Below, in pieces: positions 45,601-59,897 of a stretch of DNA of 64,000 nucleotides. The notes under the pieces were generated by a model. It searched no databases, was not told where the DNA came from, and saw only the letters and a list, made by a program, of their open reading frames with translations. Made by a program: the position numbers and the translations under genes. Location of the stretch: positions 37,636,001-37,700,000 of the forward strand of contig OZ076409.1 in the NCBI GenBank assembly GCA_964187785.1, in the 5' to 3' direction. Positions within the stretch are counted from its first letter, which is position 1, and each line of letters starts with the position of its first letter. The stretch comes from Amphiscolops sp. MND2022. Its lineage: Eukaryota.

Positions 45601-48600
45601 CCTGTTCTTTTCAACTGTAGGTTGACGTGACTCCTGAAAGAGGTAAAGCGCTAGGCAAATTGCAGTCCAGGTACTAAATACACAGTTCCATAAGCGTTTC
45701 TGGAGACCACATGGCACTCTCAAGTTTATTAGCACAAAGCCACTGTCGACATTTTTCGGAAATCAACAGAAGTTTCACTTTTTTATTCAACAATCTTTTT
45801 CTCTACTCACTCTCTACAATTATGAAGACGCTCAGTAGACCCAATATTGAAAGTATTTCTACCAAAAGCCAAAAAAGCTGAAAGGGTCACAAACACTTTG
45901 ACAAAATTCGCTACAAAAGTTTAAAATCGGCAGCCAAGTGAAAAACTCGTTATTTCGAACTTCAAAATGGAAGTGCTTTGTTTATGGATAAGCTGACAAG
46001 ACGCGGTTGCATAAAATTTTCATGAACCGCTTTAAATGTCATGTGCAATTGACAAAATTAATAATGTACTGCTAGTTTAGCTATTGGAGCATTTAATTGG
46101 AGCATGCCTTTTGTCACATTTTTGCATGATATGATATTTATATATTTTCGGGCCATATTTTCGCGGAGGTGTTTTGAACAATTGCCATAATCCGAGTCCT
46201 CGTGAAATCTAATCAACACTAATTAGTTCGAATTGATGTGACGAATATACCTTGGGAAGATGTCATGATTCCATGTGAAAACATGATCAAATTTCGCATC
46301 ATAACTTTTTGTCAATTTGAAAAAAAAATTGAACAAAAAATTATCGGAAGACAAGGTTTTCTTTTTTGTCTTTTTACCGACAGAGTCAATTGACTTACTC
46401 GAATACAAAATCTGACTTAAAACGTGGACTTTCTATTCACAACCTTTCAAAAACATTGTTACATGAATAAATGGTAGTCTTTCAGTATTTTGAATTACTT
46501 ATTCATCGTGAAAATTACCTATAAATTTTGTAAAAGGAGTGGTTTAAAAAAACTTTGTTTCTGTATGAAAACCAATTTAGAAGTGACGATATAATTATTG
46601 TTCCCTACAGAGGTTATGAAATATACATCATTGGATTGCTGGTGCTAACTAGGACTCGGAAGAAAGTTCTATGAATAAACATCATGGAATGTAATCTTTT
46701 TCAAGACTGCTGGAATTCTTTACATGCTGCAGGCCTGCATTCAGGGCAAGTTTCTAAAAAACCTAAAAAATGCCTCAAGCATTTGGTGGTAAATCGTGTC
46801 AAATGCGGTTTCCAGTATTAAAATTCGAATTGAAGACATTTCCCACTTCGTTACCGACACGATCACGTTGTTTTCACACTTTATTGTTTAAGCTGATGAT
46901 CTGATGTAGTCATTAAAAAATCAATAAATATATTCAGGCAAGTTCATACGTAGAACGTATAACCTGCAATGCGCATGTGTATTTGATCCATGCAATATAC
47001 GTACAAATAGTTGAATAATATACTTTGCAGCTACTAATTAGTATCATTATCACAACTGATTGATCGTTCGGCCAGTTATTGACCTGGTCATTTTTGGTAC
47101 CTGTCGAGAACCAGTATGCCTAAACTGATCAATATCATCTCATTTATCCTATTTTGAAATTAAAGATGATGGTACTGCTGGTATTGCTCATAGTTTTATT
47201 TCAAAGCAGCACTCATGAAAACTAGTTGCTAAACTGTCTTTAATTCCGATCCCAGTCGTGAGAAAAATTGTAAATGGAGAACAACGATCAATGCAACGCA
47301 ATGTTCGTTCAACAAATGAAAAAAGTTCATTTCGTAGATTTTTCGTTGCAGCATTTCATAACTAGTTGTACGTTCGTTCAAATGTACGAAGAAACAAAGG
47401 AGTGCTTCAATCATTTGTTTTTACTGATCATCATTTACAAATTAGTGGTGCACCTGACGTATTGACGAATCGCATATCACGTCGAAAAGACATGTTCCTC
47501 CTTTTCTTTAGTAATAGAAAATTATATTACAAACTGAGTCGTGCTTGACTCATTTCCGTTTTCTACTACAACTTCCCATTACATATTGCACCTTTGGTAA
47601 GAAGTCTTAGATTTTATGAAACGGTTATTGAACATTGAGGGATAATACTGGAGAGGAATCTTGTCCTTTTATGTTTGATATAAATGCAGCACTTATAGAG
47701 TCTAGTCTAAAGACTGGTCTCGTAAAAAAGACTGTCTGGTAAGGTAACGAAGTATGCCTGTTCTTCTCAACTGTAGGCTGACGTGACTCCTGAAAGAGGT
47801 AAAGCGCTAGGCAAATTGCAGTCCAGGAACTAAATACACAGTTCCATAAGCGTTTCTGGAGGCCACATGGCACTCTCAAGTTTATAAGCACAAAGCCACT
47901 GTCGACATTTTTCGGAAATCAACAGAAGTGAAACTAATTTTATTCAACAATCTTTTTCTCTACTCACTCTCTACAATTATGAAGACGCTCAGTAGACCCA
48001 ATATTGAAAGTATTTCTACCAATAGCCAAAAAAGCTGAAAGGGCCACAAACACTTTGACAAATTTCGCTACAAAAGTTTAAAATCGGCAGCCAAGTGAAA
48101 AACTCGTTACTTCGAACTTCAAAATGGAAGTGCTTTGTTTATAGATAAGCTGACAAGACGCGGTTGCATAAAATTTTCATGAACCGCTTTAAATGTCATG
48201 TGCAATTGACAAAATTAATAATGTACTGCTAGTTTAGCTATTGGAGCATTTAATTGGAGCATGCCTTTTGTCACATTTTTGCATGATATGATATTTATAT
48301 ATTTTCGGGCCATATTTTCGCGGAGGTGTTTTGAACAATCGCCATAATCCGAGGCCTCGTGAAATCTAATCAACACTAATTAGTTCGAATTGATGTGACG
48401 TATATACCTTGGGAAGATGTCATGATTCCATGTGAAAACATGATCAAATTTCGCATCATAACTTTTTGTCAATTTGAAAAAAAAATTGAACAAAAAATTA
48501 TCGGAAGACAAGGTTTTCTTTTTTGTCTTTTTACCGACAGAGTCAATTGACTTACTCGAATACAAAATCTGACTTAAAACGTGGACTTTCTATTCACAAC

Positions 48601-49067
48601 CTTTCAAAAACATTGTTACATGAATAAATGGTAGTCTTTCAGTATTTTGAATTACTTATTTATCGTAAAAATTACCTATAAATTTTGTAAAAGGAGTGGT
48701 TTAAAAAAACTTTGTTTCTGTATGAAAACCAATTTAGAAGTGACGATATAATTATTGTTCCCTACAGAGGTTATGAAATATACATCATTGGATTGCTAGT
48801 GCTAACTAGGACTGGGAAGAAAGTTCTATGAATAAACATCATGGAATGTAATCTTTTTCAAGACTGCTGGAATTCTTTACATGCTGCAGGCCTGCATTCA
48901 GGGCAAGTTTCTATAAAACCTAAAAAATGCCTTAAGCATTTGGTGGTAAATCGTGTAAGATGCGGTTTCCAGTATTAAAATTCGAATTGAAGACATTTCC
49001 CACTTCGTTACCGACACGATCACGTTGTTTTACTTTATTGTTTAAGCTAATTATCTGATGTAGTCAT
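42612..49067. repeat. Tandem array of three ~2.15-kb units (starts 42612, 44755, 46911)
   Basis: Near-identical sequence and the same small ORFs recur at +2143 and +2156. Confidence 0.97.
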
Positions 49068-52056
49068 CGCTTCTCAAACAGCACACTGAAGATGCCACTA
49101 GCTGGTCATTCCGACACCAATCGGGGACCTTTGGTTTTTTCAAGAAATGAGGAAATAGTGCACTACAAAGTCCCGCCAAATTGGTCGAAGAGGTCTATTG
49201 GCAGTGCACAAATTTAATTTTCAAGAAATGAGGAAATGGTTATGTGGATTCTTCACAATAGTAATAATATATGGTACCCATGTTTAACCATTGATGTGAA
49301 GGTTCTTCGTTTTTTGTCAGGTGGCCTAATTAGTGAAAAATCCACGGTCGTTTCTTATATGACTGAAGTTATTCTGCACTGAAATGGCGGCGAAACGAGA
49401 AACTTCTCAACTGCATTTAAAAGTAGAACAGATGCATATCAAAACCTGCAAACCTTCACTGCCTAAATTCAGAATAAACCTTCCTAGCACCTTGATAAAA
49501 ATCGAATACAACAGGGAAATATTAACGCAAGAAAACTTCCGTACGACGTTCAAAAAATCATAGTAAAAGTTGCATCCAATCTTCAAAAGCATGGTGAAAG
49601 TTCAAGCAGTTTCGACAAGGGATGTTTTAATTTTCCGCGCTTCAATGATTCTCTCGTGGCCATATGTGGTTCCATCTGACATTTCGAGGCTTCAACGAAG
49701 CAAAAAGTAAGCAGCAGATAAAACGCGTAGCAACTGAACTGTTGTCAAGATTCGAGATACATAAACTGAGAAAAACAATCTCTCCATTGATTTTGTTAAA
49801 TCTTGCCCATCGAGACTTTATAACAATGCGAAGATGGCTGTGAAATATTTTCCACTGAATAAACGATGTCTCGATGAGTATTACGTGAAATTAAAATGTA
49901 TTGTTCCGATAGCACAGAGGCGACAGTTGTATTTCAGTAAGTGCTTTCGGAAGTCGCATCAACAAACAAAGATAAAAGCCTTAAAAGATCAACCAACCTC
50001 AAAGCAACGGGCAAAATGCTCTTCAAATGTAATGACGTTACAAAAATAGTGTCGTCAGTGAACTAGATCTAAGGCGCTTGTTTAAGCTTTTCACAAGGAC
50101 ATTCCGCTCCTTATTAGGAAAACACTCTACTGAAAATACATGGTAAACAGCTCCTCAGCAAAGTTTTGTGGCCAGTTAAAAGCGCGAAGAGATGAGGGAG
50201 TGATCCGTTGCGTTTTTGGTCACTGTAAGAAATTGTTTATACATCTTACAAGATCTTGCAAGTGAAAGGATTTTCTTACAAGAATCTATCAAAACATCTT
50301 GCAGAAAAACATCTTTCATCACGAAACGCGATAAATTGCGCGATAAAGTAAATCCTGATCGTAGCAGGTTATGTTGTCAAGAATGAACTGAACAGAGACA
50401 TCTCTCGTACAAAAGCGCTTTTATCTCAATCAACTGCGGACTCGAAAAATTGTTCTCAACAGAAAGAAGCCTTCATGAAGAACGTTTTCCAGTGTCGAAA
50501 TGGACAGTGCAACAAAGAAGTGGCTCTGTTTAATTGAAAAACAAGAAGACTCCGCAACATGGAGTACCCCGTTCATCGCCTATATTCAAACAAAAAATCT
50601 TTTCGAAACACTGGCTGGCACAGCAGTGAAACCAGTTGAATCTGCAGCCTTGGGAGACGCTCCGACGCATGAGCAGAGAGATGCTCGTAAAGATGCAATA
50701 GAGAAATTTGAAAACAATAAGAAAAACTCCGAGATGCCAAAAACACACTCTGGGGAATGCTGTCTCTGACACTTGATTCGAGAAGTTTAATGCTGATACG
50801 ACATGACTGTGTTGGAAAAGATGGCCTGGGTCACGGAACCCAAGCATGGCATCTTTTGAACTAAAGATTCACAAGTAAAGAATCACCAACAGTTGTGGCT
50901 CCTGTATCTCGAATCGCGAGAATGCAACTGAAACCAGACGAGTCACTGCTCGAGTCTTTCATTAGAGCACAAGCAAGAGTTGATGAAAAAACTTTGTGAA
51001 GCCGGTGAACGCATTTCGGAAACGATATTTGTGGAGTTGTTCCCCATTGATCTTCCGGGAAGGTTCGAGAATTTTGTAGTTCACTTCGTTGGGGAAAGTT
51101 TCAATCCATCCGCCAACATCACAGGGTTGAGATTGAGACTGACAAACATCGAGGACAGCCGCAAACATCGCAATGTTGAAGGAGAGCAGCCAAATCAGCA
51201 TGTGGCAATGCCATCAAGGGGGAAGTTCGAGAGGAGTAACAGTACGTCAAAAAGTTTCTGTTTGAAAAATAAAGATAAGCTTGAGGAAAGGAAGCGAATG
51301 AGTTGTTATTGCTGTGGTAAAGTAGGTCATATAGCCAAAAGTGTTCTTTGAGAAACAAAGCAGCTTGTTAAAACTAGGGAAAAAGGACATTTAGAAGTCA
51401 CTTGTAGGAGTCAATGTACGGCGATTTTCGCTCAACTCTCAAGGTCTACATTCAGTTCACCTGAGTTCAGGTAGCAAAGTAGTGAGTAAGTACAAAGTTT
51501 AAATTAAAGCAGAATGCAGATCTCATTCTGACAGACGGGATATTTTTCCAAAAGTTCAGAGTGTTAACGTCTAGTGTACAAAATCCAGATGGAAGTTTTG
51601 CAATATTGAAGGTATTGGAGACGTTGACGTCGAACGTCATGATGAAAAAGGAAGCATAGACACGTTGATTTTGAGATGTACTTTTAGTACCAAGTTATGA
51701 AACTAATTTCGTTTCAGTGTCAAAATTAGTCGAAAAAGGACAAAGAATTCACTTCAGTTGGAACTGTTCTAAAATGACAACTCAGATAGGAGCAATCTAC
51801 CAAAATGTTAGTGAAGGAAGTCTTTATACTATTCAGCTGAAACTAGTGGGAAAACTTATGAGCTTTGGTACGCATGCAAGGAAAATGACTGACTTGGGAA
51901 CATGACACATTGAATTAGGCCATGCTGAATAGCGAAGTACAAAACTCACGGTACCTAGGTTGAAGAAGTGTGAGTTCTTTTGCGAGACGTGTGCACTTAG
52001 TTGGATTCACGAGAAGCCAGTACCTCGTGATGTAGCTTCTAAAGCTACTAAAAAGT

Positions 52057-52729
52057 AAAACAAGCCGGGACCGGCCCAAGTCGGCGCCATATCCAAGGCT
52101 CAAAAATAGCAAAAAGACTTCCAAGTGTCAAGTACTCTTTTACAGCACTCGAAAATCGAAATTTTTTGAAAAAAAAATTTTCGAAAAAATTACTCAAAAA
52201 AATGGACAGAGTGGCGCGCCGGGGCTCGCTAGCGCGAGCCCCTGGCGCGCTAAAGTCTCACAATGCCGAAAAACTGAAAGGGGGGACCGTTTGTGGTTTT
52301 TCAACATCCATTCTGTCGCAAAACATGAAAAAATTGAAGAAAACATAAATTTTTATTTTCGGGAAAAAAACTCACAATGCCGAAAAAAACTGAAAGGGGG
52401 GACCCTTTGGGATTTTTCAACATCCATTCTGTCGCAAAACATCAAAAAAAATGCAGAGGGGACCCTTTTGGGGAAAAATTTTTTTTCGAAAAAAAGTCTC
52501 GCAGTGCCGTAAAAAAATGAAAGGGGGGAGTCTTTGGTCTCGCCCGGTATGGTATGTTACGCGGAAAAACAGGAAAAACCTTTTTGGTTCAGTTCGCTAG
52601 ACAAAATAGTGCATTTTGATGCAATAATATTTTGTAGAACTTTTGTAGAACTATTTTGGTCAGTTCGTGTGGATAGAAAAAAAAAGAGTCACTATAATAG
52701 TCGCGTTTCACTTCATGAAGCGCCGACTA
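52057..52729 (-). mobile_element. Helentron-associated non-autonomous element (HINE/DINE-1-like) inserted in Copia
   Basis: Sub-terminal IR AGTCGGCGC (52079) / GCGCCGACT (52720); nearby partial IR tagtcgcgtt; terminal hairpin GCCGGGACCGGC; internal tandem core repeats; no TSD, A-run flanks. Confidence 0.75.
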
Positions 52730-54338
52730 GAAAAGAGTGACATAAAGGGACCGATTAAGGTTACCGGTAGCCAATCACTTTGTTTGATGAGAATACAAAA
52801 ACGCAGTTGGGAATTTCATGAAACTGAAGCCTGAGGCATTTGAAAAGCTGAAACAGTATGTAGCTGGAAGAGGTAGACCCGAAATACTGTGGAGTGGTAA
52901 CGCAAAAGATGAAAAATTCAAACTTGTGAAAAATTTTGCGTTATTTTTGTTAACAAAAAAACTAGAACATGATAAAGCGGTAACTTACAATTCCAGGGAC
53001 ACCACAACAAAATGGAGTAGCTGAACGATATAATAGAATGCCAGCAGATATGACTAGAGGTAACATGAGAGAGGGCAATCTTTCTAAAATGTATTGGGTT
53101 CGAGCGATGGCAACAGCGAATTATACTTTGAATCGCATAACGAACGTGAAATTTAAAAAATTTCTCTTTGAACTGTTTTTTGGTCACAAAACTGACTTCA
53201 GAAGTCTTCGGGTGATTTGGATGCACAGTGTTATTGCAGAGACGAAAACACCAACGAAGTAAACTAGAACAAAAGATGTGAAAATATTCAGGCTACGACG
53301 ATTGTAGTCCATCTTTTGTTACTCAAGAGATTGATTCATGCAAAATTCATCTCGCGAGAAACATCAATTCTCAATGAAAATGAGATACTAAGCTCAACTT
53401 TTAGCGGAGACAGCGTTGTTAGGTCAGAGGTTGATTCCATTTTGGTATTTTTGAAAACTTTGCTGAAAAGAAGGCAAATATTGATTTAACAATCAAGAGA
53501 ATATTGAAATCGCAAAGTTGGGTACAAATTCTCAGGAAGAAGAACAATCCGATGAAATCGAAAACCTCGCTGATGATCAAGCACTGTCTGAGGTGAGTTA
53601 AGATGCCACTAAGAGTCAAGTAGTTAAAAAAGAAAGTGAAGAAAATGGCAATAGAGGATAAGATACTTCGAGCAGATCTAACGTCAATGACAGCCAAAGT
53701 TTTCTCCGAGTGCACAATTTTAGATATCTACATTGATAGACACATTGGTGTTCGCTTAGGAACGAGTGAGATGGAAGAAAACTCAACGATTGAAAAAAAA
53801 ACGTCTGAGACAAAATTCTCAAAAAAGAAGCGTACTAACTATAAATGGTACTACATACATAGAAGTGAGAAAATTGAAACTTTTGAGCCAAATACATATC
53901 GCGAAGCTGTCGAAATCTCAGAGAAAGTATTATGATTAGATGCAAGGCAGCAAGCAATGAATGCGGACGCTGAAAATGAAGAGATATCAAACGTTGAAAA
54001 TGCGAGTAAAAAGGTTAGCAAAAAGTTAATGACATAAAGTAAAGTCTGCTTATTTACAATATGAAATACAAGAAGCATTTTTTTCTAGAGCAGTCTGAAG
54101 GATGGGAGAAAGGAAACGATTTTGTGTCCAAATTGAGAAATTCTATACAAGGCTTGAGACAAGCAGCAAAGAATTGGAATGAAAAAGTACATGTTTTTTG
54201 CTGGAAAAAGAACCGACAAAAATTGCAAACGACCCGTGTTTTTTCTCCAAGAAAAAATCGAGACAGCTTTGTGTATATTTTAACGTGAGTATATGATATT
54301 CTTATGGTGGGGAATATACCTGAAGTAGTTCAAACACT

Positions 54339-56009
54339 TGTAACGGTTGCTTGTGTGACCCGTAGGATCTCGTGCGAGCCCTTATTGCACTTGTTTGGAT
54401 CCGATGTGATTCGTCACGCACATTTCTCACTGTATCTACACGCGCTCCGGCTCTCCAACTATGAGAGTATATAACTTAGTCGCTCTGACTTTAGCGAAAA
54501 TTGTGAAGAGTGAGAAGTTCACTAGTTAGTCTCTTGGTCCTAAGTCCAACGTGACTATAGCTATTCAGTCGCAAAAATCCCTATCTAATAATGGTATAAA
54601 TGTGGTTCAAAATTCTTCAATAAACATAGAGCAAATATCAGTTGAAATATGTTGTGAAAATATATGACGTTTTAGTGAAATATTAAAGTTATTGGCTATG
54701 TAAACAAACCACATGGTGGGTCTTGAACATTAGTTAGGTGGCCTCAAAAGCATGTGTACACAAGCTGAATATCATTAGTTTCAACAGAGTCACATTCTAG
54801 AATGTCATATGGGTAAATAGCAAAGTTTACGTTTTGGCTCGAAGACCTTGATTACCACACATGTGATAGGTAAAAGATGTGTTTACGGGTGAATGACCTT
54901 GAAAGTTGGTCGGGTTGTTCGCGTTAGGCACCTGCATATGTGTACCAAGTTTCATGGCTCTATGACTAACAATCTTCGAGAAAACCCATTTGGTTCCCCA
55001 TTCGCAATGAGTGGTTTTCCTTCAAATTGTCATATCTTTTTCTAAGAAATTAAGTTTTTTCTCAACCAGCAGGTTCGCAATTGACTTTCTTTGCCTGCTG
55101 ATGAATAGCACCAACAGAACAGCTGTGCCAGTTTCACTACCGGTCATTTGAGAATGTCATCATTTGTCGTTGTCTTTCTGAGGACTTCAGCTTCATAGTC
55201 ATGTTTGCCACTTGTTTGCTGTGTTATTTTGCTACTGCAATGATTTTCTAGCCCATAATCCAATTCGCTGACCATATGGTTGCTTTCCACAGTTTCACAT
55301 CACACTTTCAAACTGTTCCAAATAACTGTTTCCTCATTTGAAGTCAAAGTTTTCCAAATTATATCAAACTTCATCATCAACGTCCAACATTCAATACTTT
55401 CAATCGAATGTTTTCCTTTCGAACAAGGTATGATACAATATTGCTTCATTTCATTTACCTCAGCTTCCATAATTACTTAAACATCCAACGATTAGATTTC
55501 CAGGTAAGTCGATAATGTGCCCAGCCAGTTTCTCAATACTTGCTGTGCTACACAATTCCTCGTCAAAGTTGACTGACCTTGGGCAAGACTTGTCAAAAAG
55601 AGTTCGTTCTCAAAACCTACCATAGTCTTCTCCTGGATCCAGCCTTTTTGAAAGGTCGTCGACTCATCCATCATCTTAATTAGTAGATAAAGAGACTTTT
55701 CTACATTACAGCGACTGAAGTCCTTCCTTTTGTTTTCAGTGTTCTCTATGCATTCAATAGTAATGGATTTGTGGTTTGAATTCAGTCGCTGGGCTACATT
55801 CTGCTGTTTGCTTACCGTCGATTTTCTTAGCAATTGCCATGTTTTCTCCCGGTAACTCAGTTCTGTTGAGATTCGCTTTCGCGTTTTTGTAGAAAAACAC
55901 CCAGCTTCTCTCATCACAAAACTCCATCTTCTTATCATCTGAGTTTCTCACAGGCTCCCAATTATTGTCGAAGACTGGTCCGCTGAATACAAATATAGTC
56001 TATCCCACA
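54339..56009. mobile_element. 1.67-kb insertion interrupting the Copia RT (LTR-element fragment or solo-LTR-like)
   Basis: Copia RT reads ...DILMVGNIPEVVQT before it and YKIEDRGKIKHFL after it. Insertion begins TGTAACG and ends CCACA; no TSD evident. Confidence 0.5.
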
Positions 56010-57086
56010 AATATAAAATAGAAGATAGAGGCAAAATTAAACATTTCTTATGGCTGAGGATTAGCCAAATGAGGTGGTATTGGGGTAGATCAGGAATTGT
56101 TCGTTCGGAACGTACTTGGAATGTTCGGAATGGAACATTGTAAGCTTATTTGTACTCAAGCTGAAATATTTCTAAAGTTAGAGAAAAGAAGCGAACATTA
56201 GAGTGCATAGACAAGCTAAATTTGCTCAAAGCACAAATTTTTTGTGCTTCCAATATCCCAGATTCCATACCTTTAACCGACGACCATACCTTTAACTGTG
56301 CAAAATTGGCAAATTACATCATAAGTCCCTGATTCCACGGACAAGCAATCCACGGAAAAGCACGAGAATTTTCGTGTCCCGTATTCCACAACAAGCAGCA
56401 AAATAGCTTGCCTACGCACTGTAATGAACAAGTAGTGATATAGACTTAACAGCCTATAGAAGTTTAAGTGGATCATTGCTCTATGTGCTAAAACAATCAA
56501 GACCTCATATCACGTGGATTACCAATCAGTTATCCCGCCATATGCAACGTCCTACACAGCAACATTGGGTTGCAGCTAAAGGAGTTTTGTGACACCTGCA
56601 ATTAACGAAGACAATGAAACTTGCTAATGACGGAAATGATCTACTACTTCAAGGTGCATCGGGTGCAGATTGGAGTGGTGATGCATCAGATCGGAAGTCA
56701 ACCACTGGATTCTATTACAAGCTAAGTAACAGTGAGCGAGCAGCAACTAGTTGGAACTACAAAAAGCACAGCACGGTGGTTTATCAAGTTGTGAGGCAGG
56801 GTACCGAGGATTGGGCGCAGCCGTTCAAGAAGCGATCTTTTTGAGACAACTAATGGATCATTTGTTCATTCCGCCGCTGACGCCAACACAATGTGCGGAA
56901 AACAATCAGAGTTGCATAAATTTATGTAACAACCCAGTACTCCATAAAATGTCGAAACACATGTTGACGAAATTTCACAGTATCAGATAGAAAGTGGAAG
57001 ATGGAAATGTGGAAAAATTTTATCAACCAACCCAAGATGCAGAGTTATCCTATAGTGGGCGTTACCCGGAAAATTCTGAGTGAGGG

Positions 57087-57407
57087 TATTGAAGTGATGA
57101 CCTGAAAGGACATAGAGTAATGTCCGAGTTGTAAATAAATGGTTAAATAGAAATTAGCAAAGCAGGGGTGAACAATTGTTGACATGTTGATGAGTAAACG
57201 TTGCTAGTGAACACGTGCTTCCTAATAATTTTTATTCGTCCTGTTAAGTATTTGTTTGTAATTATCATCGACCAGAGAGTTGAGATCAAGCAAGTCTTTA
57301 CCCCAGATTTGTGATTCTAATTTCCAGTTGACTATTAAGTAATCTCTGTTTTCATCACGCTATTTGACAAATTGTGCAGTAGACTAAACCCTATCCCGAT
57401 CGTAGCA
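57087..57407 (+). repeat. 3' LTR of the Copia relic
   Basis: Follows PPT-like gagtgaggg. Its end atcccgatcgtagca matches atcctgatcgtagca preceding the PBS at ~50353-50367. Confidence 0.7.
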
Positions 57408-58498
57408 TATATCTTGCAAAAGTAGTTATTTTGGAACGCTCAAGGAATGCACAAGGTTGGTCGTTCTGTCGATTGATCCGAAATGAATTGGCAAAGCAAG
57501 AAAAGTTCTTTCTGATCAGGCAGAGAGAAGCAGAGCTCCGCTCTAATCTTGAATGATTTTCCGCTCATTCATCATCTCAGTGATCAAATAAAAAATTACA
57601 TCTATCAAGTGGCATGTCAAAATGCTTTAGACGTATAACTTAAATATATGTGCATATAAAAAGAAATTTGGGGCAATTACTTTATGAACACTGATAGAGA
57701 ACTTGAACCTGGGATCATCCCACATTGGTCTTTTGTCTTGATTAATTTTCTGCGTTTTGACATTTCTGAAATTTTGGAGCAGTTTGACGTTGTGGAAAAA
57801 AATAGAATTTTCGGCGTCAAGTTTATAGTGATCAGATTTGGAATTATTCGAACAGGTGTTCCGGAAATTTGTATTCATTGTTTTTCATCACAAAGACGTA
57901 GAAATACATCTTCTCAGTTTCCGAATATTGGAGTAATTTTTGCTTTTTCCAATATGGACGCTCAACACGTGCGGAAAGCATTCTTGGATATTTTCTGCCA
58001 TAACAACCCCACCATCAAAATTCAACAATGAAATTTCAAAAATCTTTTTGAACTGGATGGAGTACAAATGAAATATTTTTAGATAACATGAAATTAACTG
58101 GTGTTGGAATAGTTTTCGTTTGAACAGAACATTTCGCACGCCTTTTGACTGTGATTACGTGGAAAATTAAATGTTTTTGTTACTCGAAATGTGGAGCAGT
58201 TGATTTTCTAATCAAAAATACGTGCCTTCCTTATATGAGTTAAACGGAGAAATAGTGTGAACAATTTGTTTGTATCATACTTCAAAATTGCCACCTTGAG
58301 ATAATTTTTTTTCTTCTTTCCCTAAAATTTCCCTACTTCCATTAAGTTTCAGAAAATGGGGGGGGGCAGAAAAGAACCTTATTCTTTCATACGAAGAAGA
58401 GTTATCCGAAATTCTTCCTGTTTCAAAGGGCTAGATAAATCGTTTGCGTCTAAATGCCAAACAATTCACTAATTTTTATGTTAATTGCACAAAAATAT

Positions 58499-59897
58499 AA
58501 ACTGTCTAAAACGTATGTGAAAACACGTTTTTGGGCCAAAAAATCTGAAATACAGAGAAATTAGAAAAACGGTATAGATCAACGGCAAGATACAGTAAAG
58601 CAGTCCGTATGATAGTATTTTCACTGTTATTGGATGATTTCCTTGCTTTTCTTGGTCAAATTCTATGTTCAGTGCTGTCTGAAACGTATGTGAAAAATTT
58701 GGAAAACTTTACAATTTTCACGAAAATAAAGACAAAAATGTACGAAACTAACTCAATAGGTTCGAGTTGGCCATCCTCTATTCGCCACTACTTGAATAAG
58801 ACGTTTTGGAAAGCTCCTTATTAATTTTCGAATCAGTTCTATCTCCAGATCTTCCCACACTCTTCTTATCACATTTTTCAAGTCTTCTATTGTTCTGTAT
58901 TCTTTTCCTCCTTCATAAATACCCCTTACAATGATCGCCCAAAGATGTTCAATGGGGTTACAGTCTGGAGAGTGAGGTGCCCATTCCAGGACGTCGATAT
59001 TTTGTCTTCCAGAAACTTTAGTGTTCATTGTGAGGTATGAGGTGTTGCATTATCTTGCATTAAAATGAATCCTTGTTGATGGAACGGTAAATAATTCTCA
59101 TTGAGAATTCTCTGATAATACTGCGAGTCGACATTCTTTTCACAAAAATGTTTTGTTGTTGTTCCTCGTGATCCAATGCCTGCCCAAACCATAACTCCCG
59201 GGCTAAAAACACCTTTTCTCTTCTCCTTCCAATTGCCAGTACTTTCGACATCCATCAAGTCCATCCAGTAAAAAACGTTTTTCGTCGGCGAATGTGATGC
59301 TTTCGATATTAATTTGTCCAGCTGTGATTTGTTCGAGAACATTTTTTGACCATTCCGCTCTTCTTTTTTGACTATCATCTGTTAGTGATGGTTGTTTCTT
59401 TGGGGAAGTGTATTTATTGCCTTCGGTTTTCAGAAAGTTCCTCACTGTGTCTTTTTCTACAGGTACGTTTAGCTGTGGGACTGTTTTTCGTAGGGAAACA
59501 TGGCTTTCTCCAGTCATGAGTCGTACTAAATGTCTTTTCATTGATTCTGATAGTTTTTTAGCGGGTCCACCTCCGTGTCTGTAATCACCATCTCTCAAAA
59601 AATTGTTAACGCAGTTATATGTCCTTTTCAACTGTTTCAATATTTCGGTCACGGTCCTTCCTGAATCGCTCATCCCAATTATTCGCCCTTTTTCGATGTC
59701 AGATAGTAAGGTTCCTCTCTTCGGCATTCTTGATAATCTTGATAATCTTGATTAATCTTGAATAAAATACTTTTGATTTTTTTCATGAACGCGAAGATTT
59801 TGATCGAATAAACTTCTCTGAAAAAAAGGTGGTTGGATTTAGAGTAGTTGAGTCGGAATTCACGTTGAAAGTTTTTTCACATACGTTTTAGACAAAT
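58499..59897 (-). mobile_element. Tc1-family DNA transposon with IR/DR-type ends (right outer end degraded)
   Basis: Direct repeats ctgtct(a/g)aaacgtatgtgaaaa at ~58502 and ~58675; inverted copy ttttcacatacgttttagaca at ~59874. Confidence 0.8.
58753..59727 (-). pseudogene. Tc1-like DDE transposase, frameshifted
   Basis: MPKRGTLLSDIEKGRIIGM HTH start, FADEKRF, VMVWAGI, QDNATPH and WAPHSPDCNPIEHLW are spread over three frames. Confidence 0.92.

Larger units (their letters stand above)
50353..57407 (+). mobile_element. Decayed Ty1/Copia LTR retrotransposon with nested insertions
   Basis: LTR tail gatcgtagca then PBS-like GGTTATG (~50368); gag CYCCGKVGHIAK; pre-integrase CETCA; integrase TPQQNGVAER (~53000); RT EPNTYREAV and IQGLRQAAKNWN; RNase H ADWSGDASDRKSTTG, LSSCEA, NPVLHKMSKH. 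Order IN-RT-RH. Confidence 0.92.

Noticed and set aside
42930..48565. Repeated 60-88-aa ORFs in the tandem array as genes
   Set aside because: They recur only because the DNA is duplicated; no motifs or splice structure.
57600..58140. ORFs of 83-115 aa as a host gene
   Set aside because: No recognisable motif or exon structure; likely a decayed repeat.
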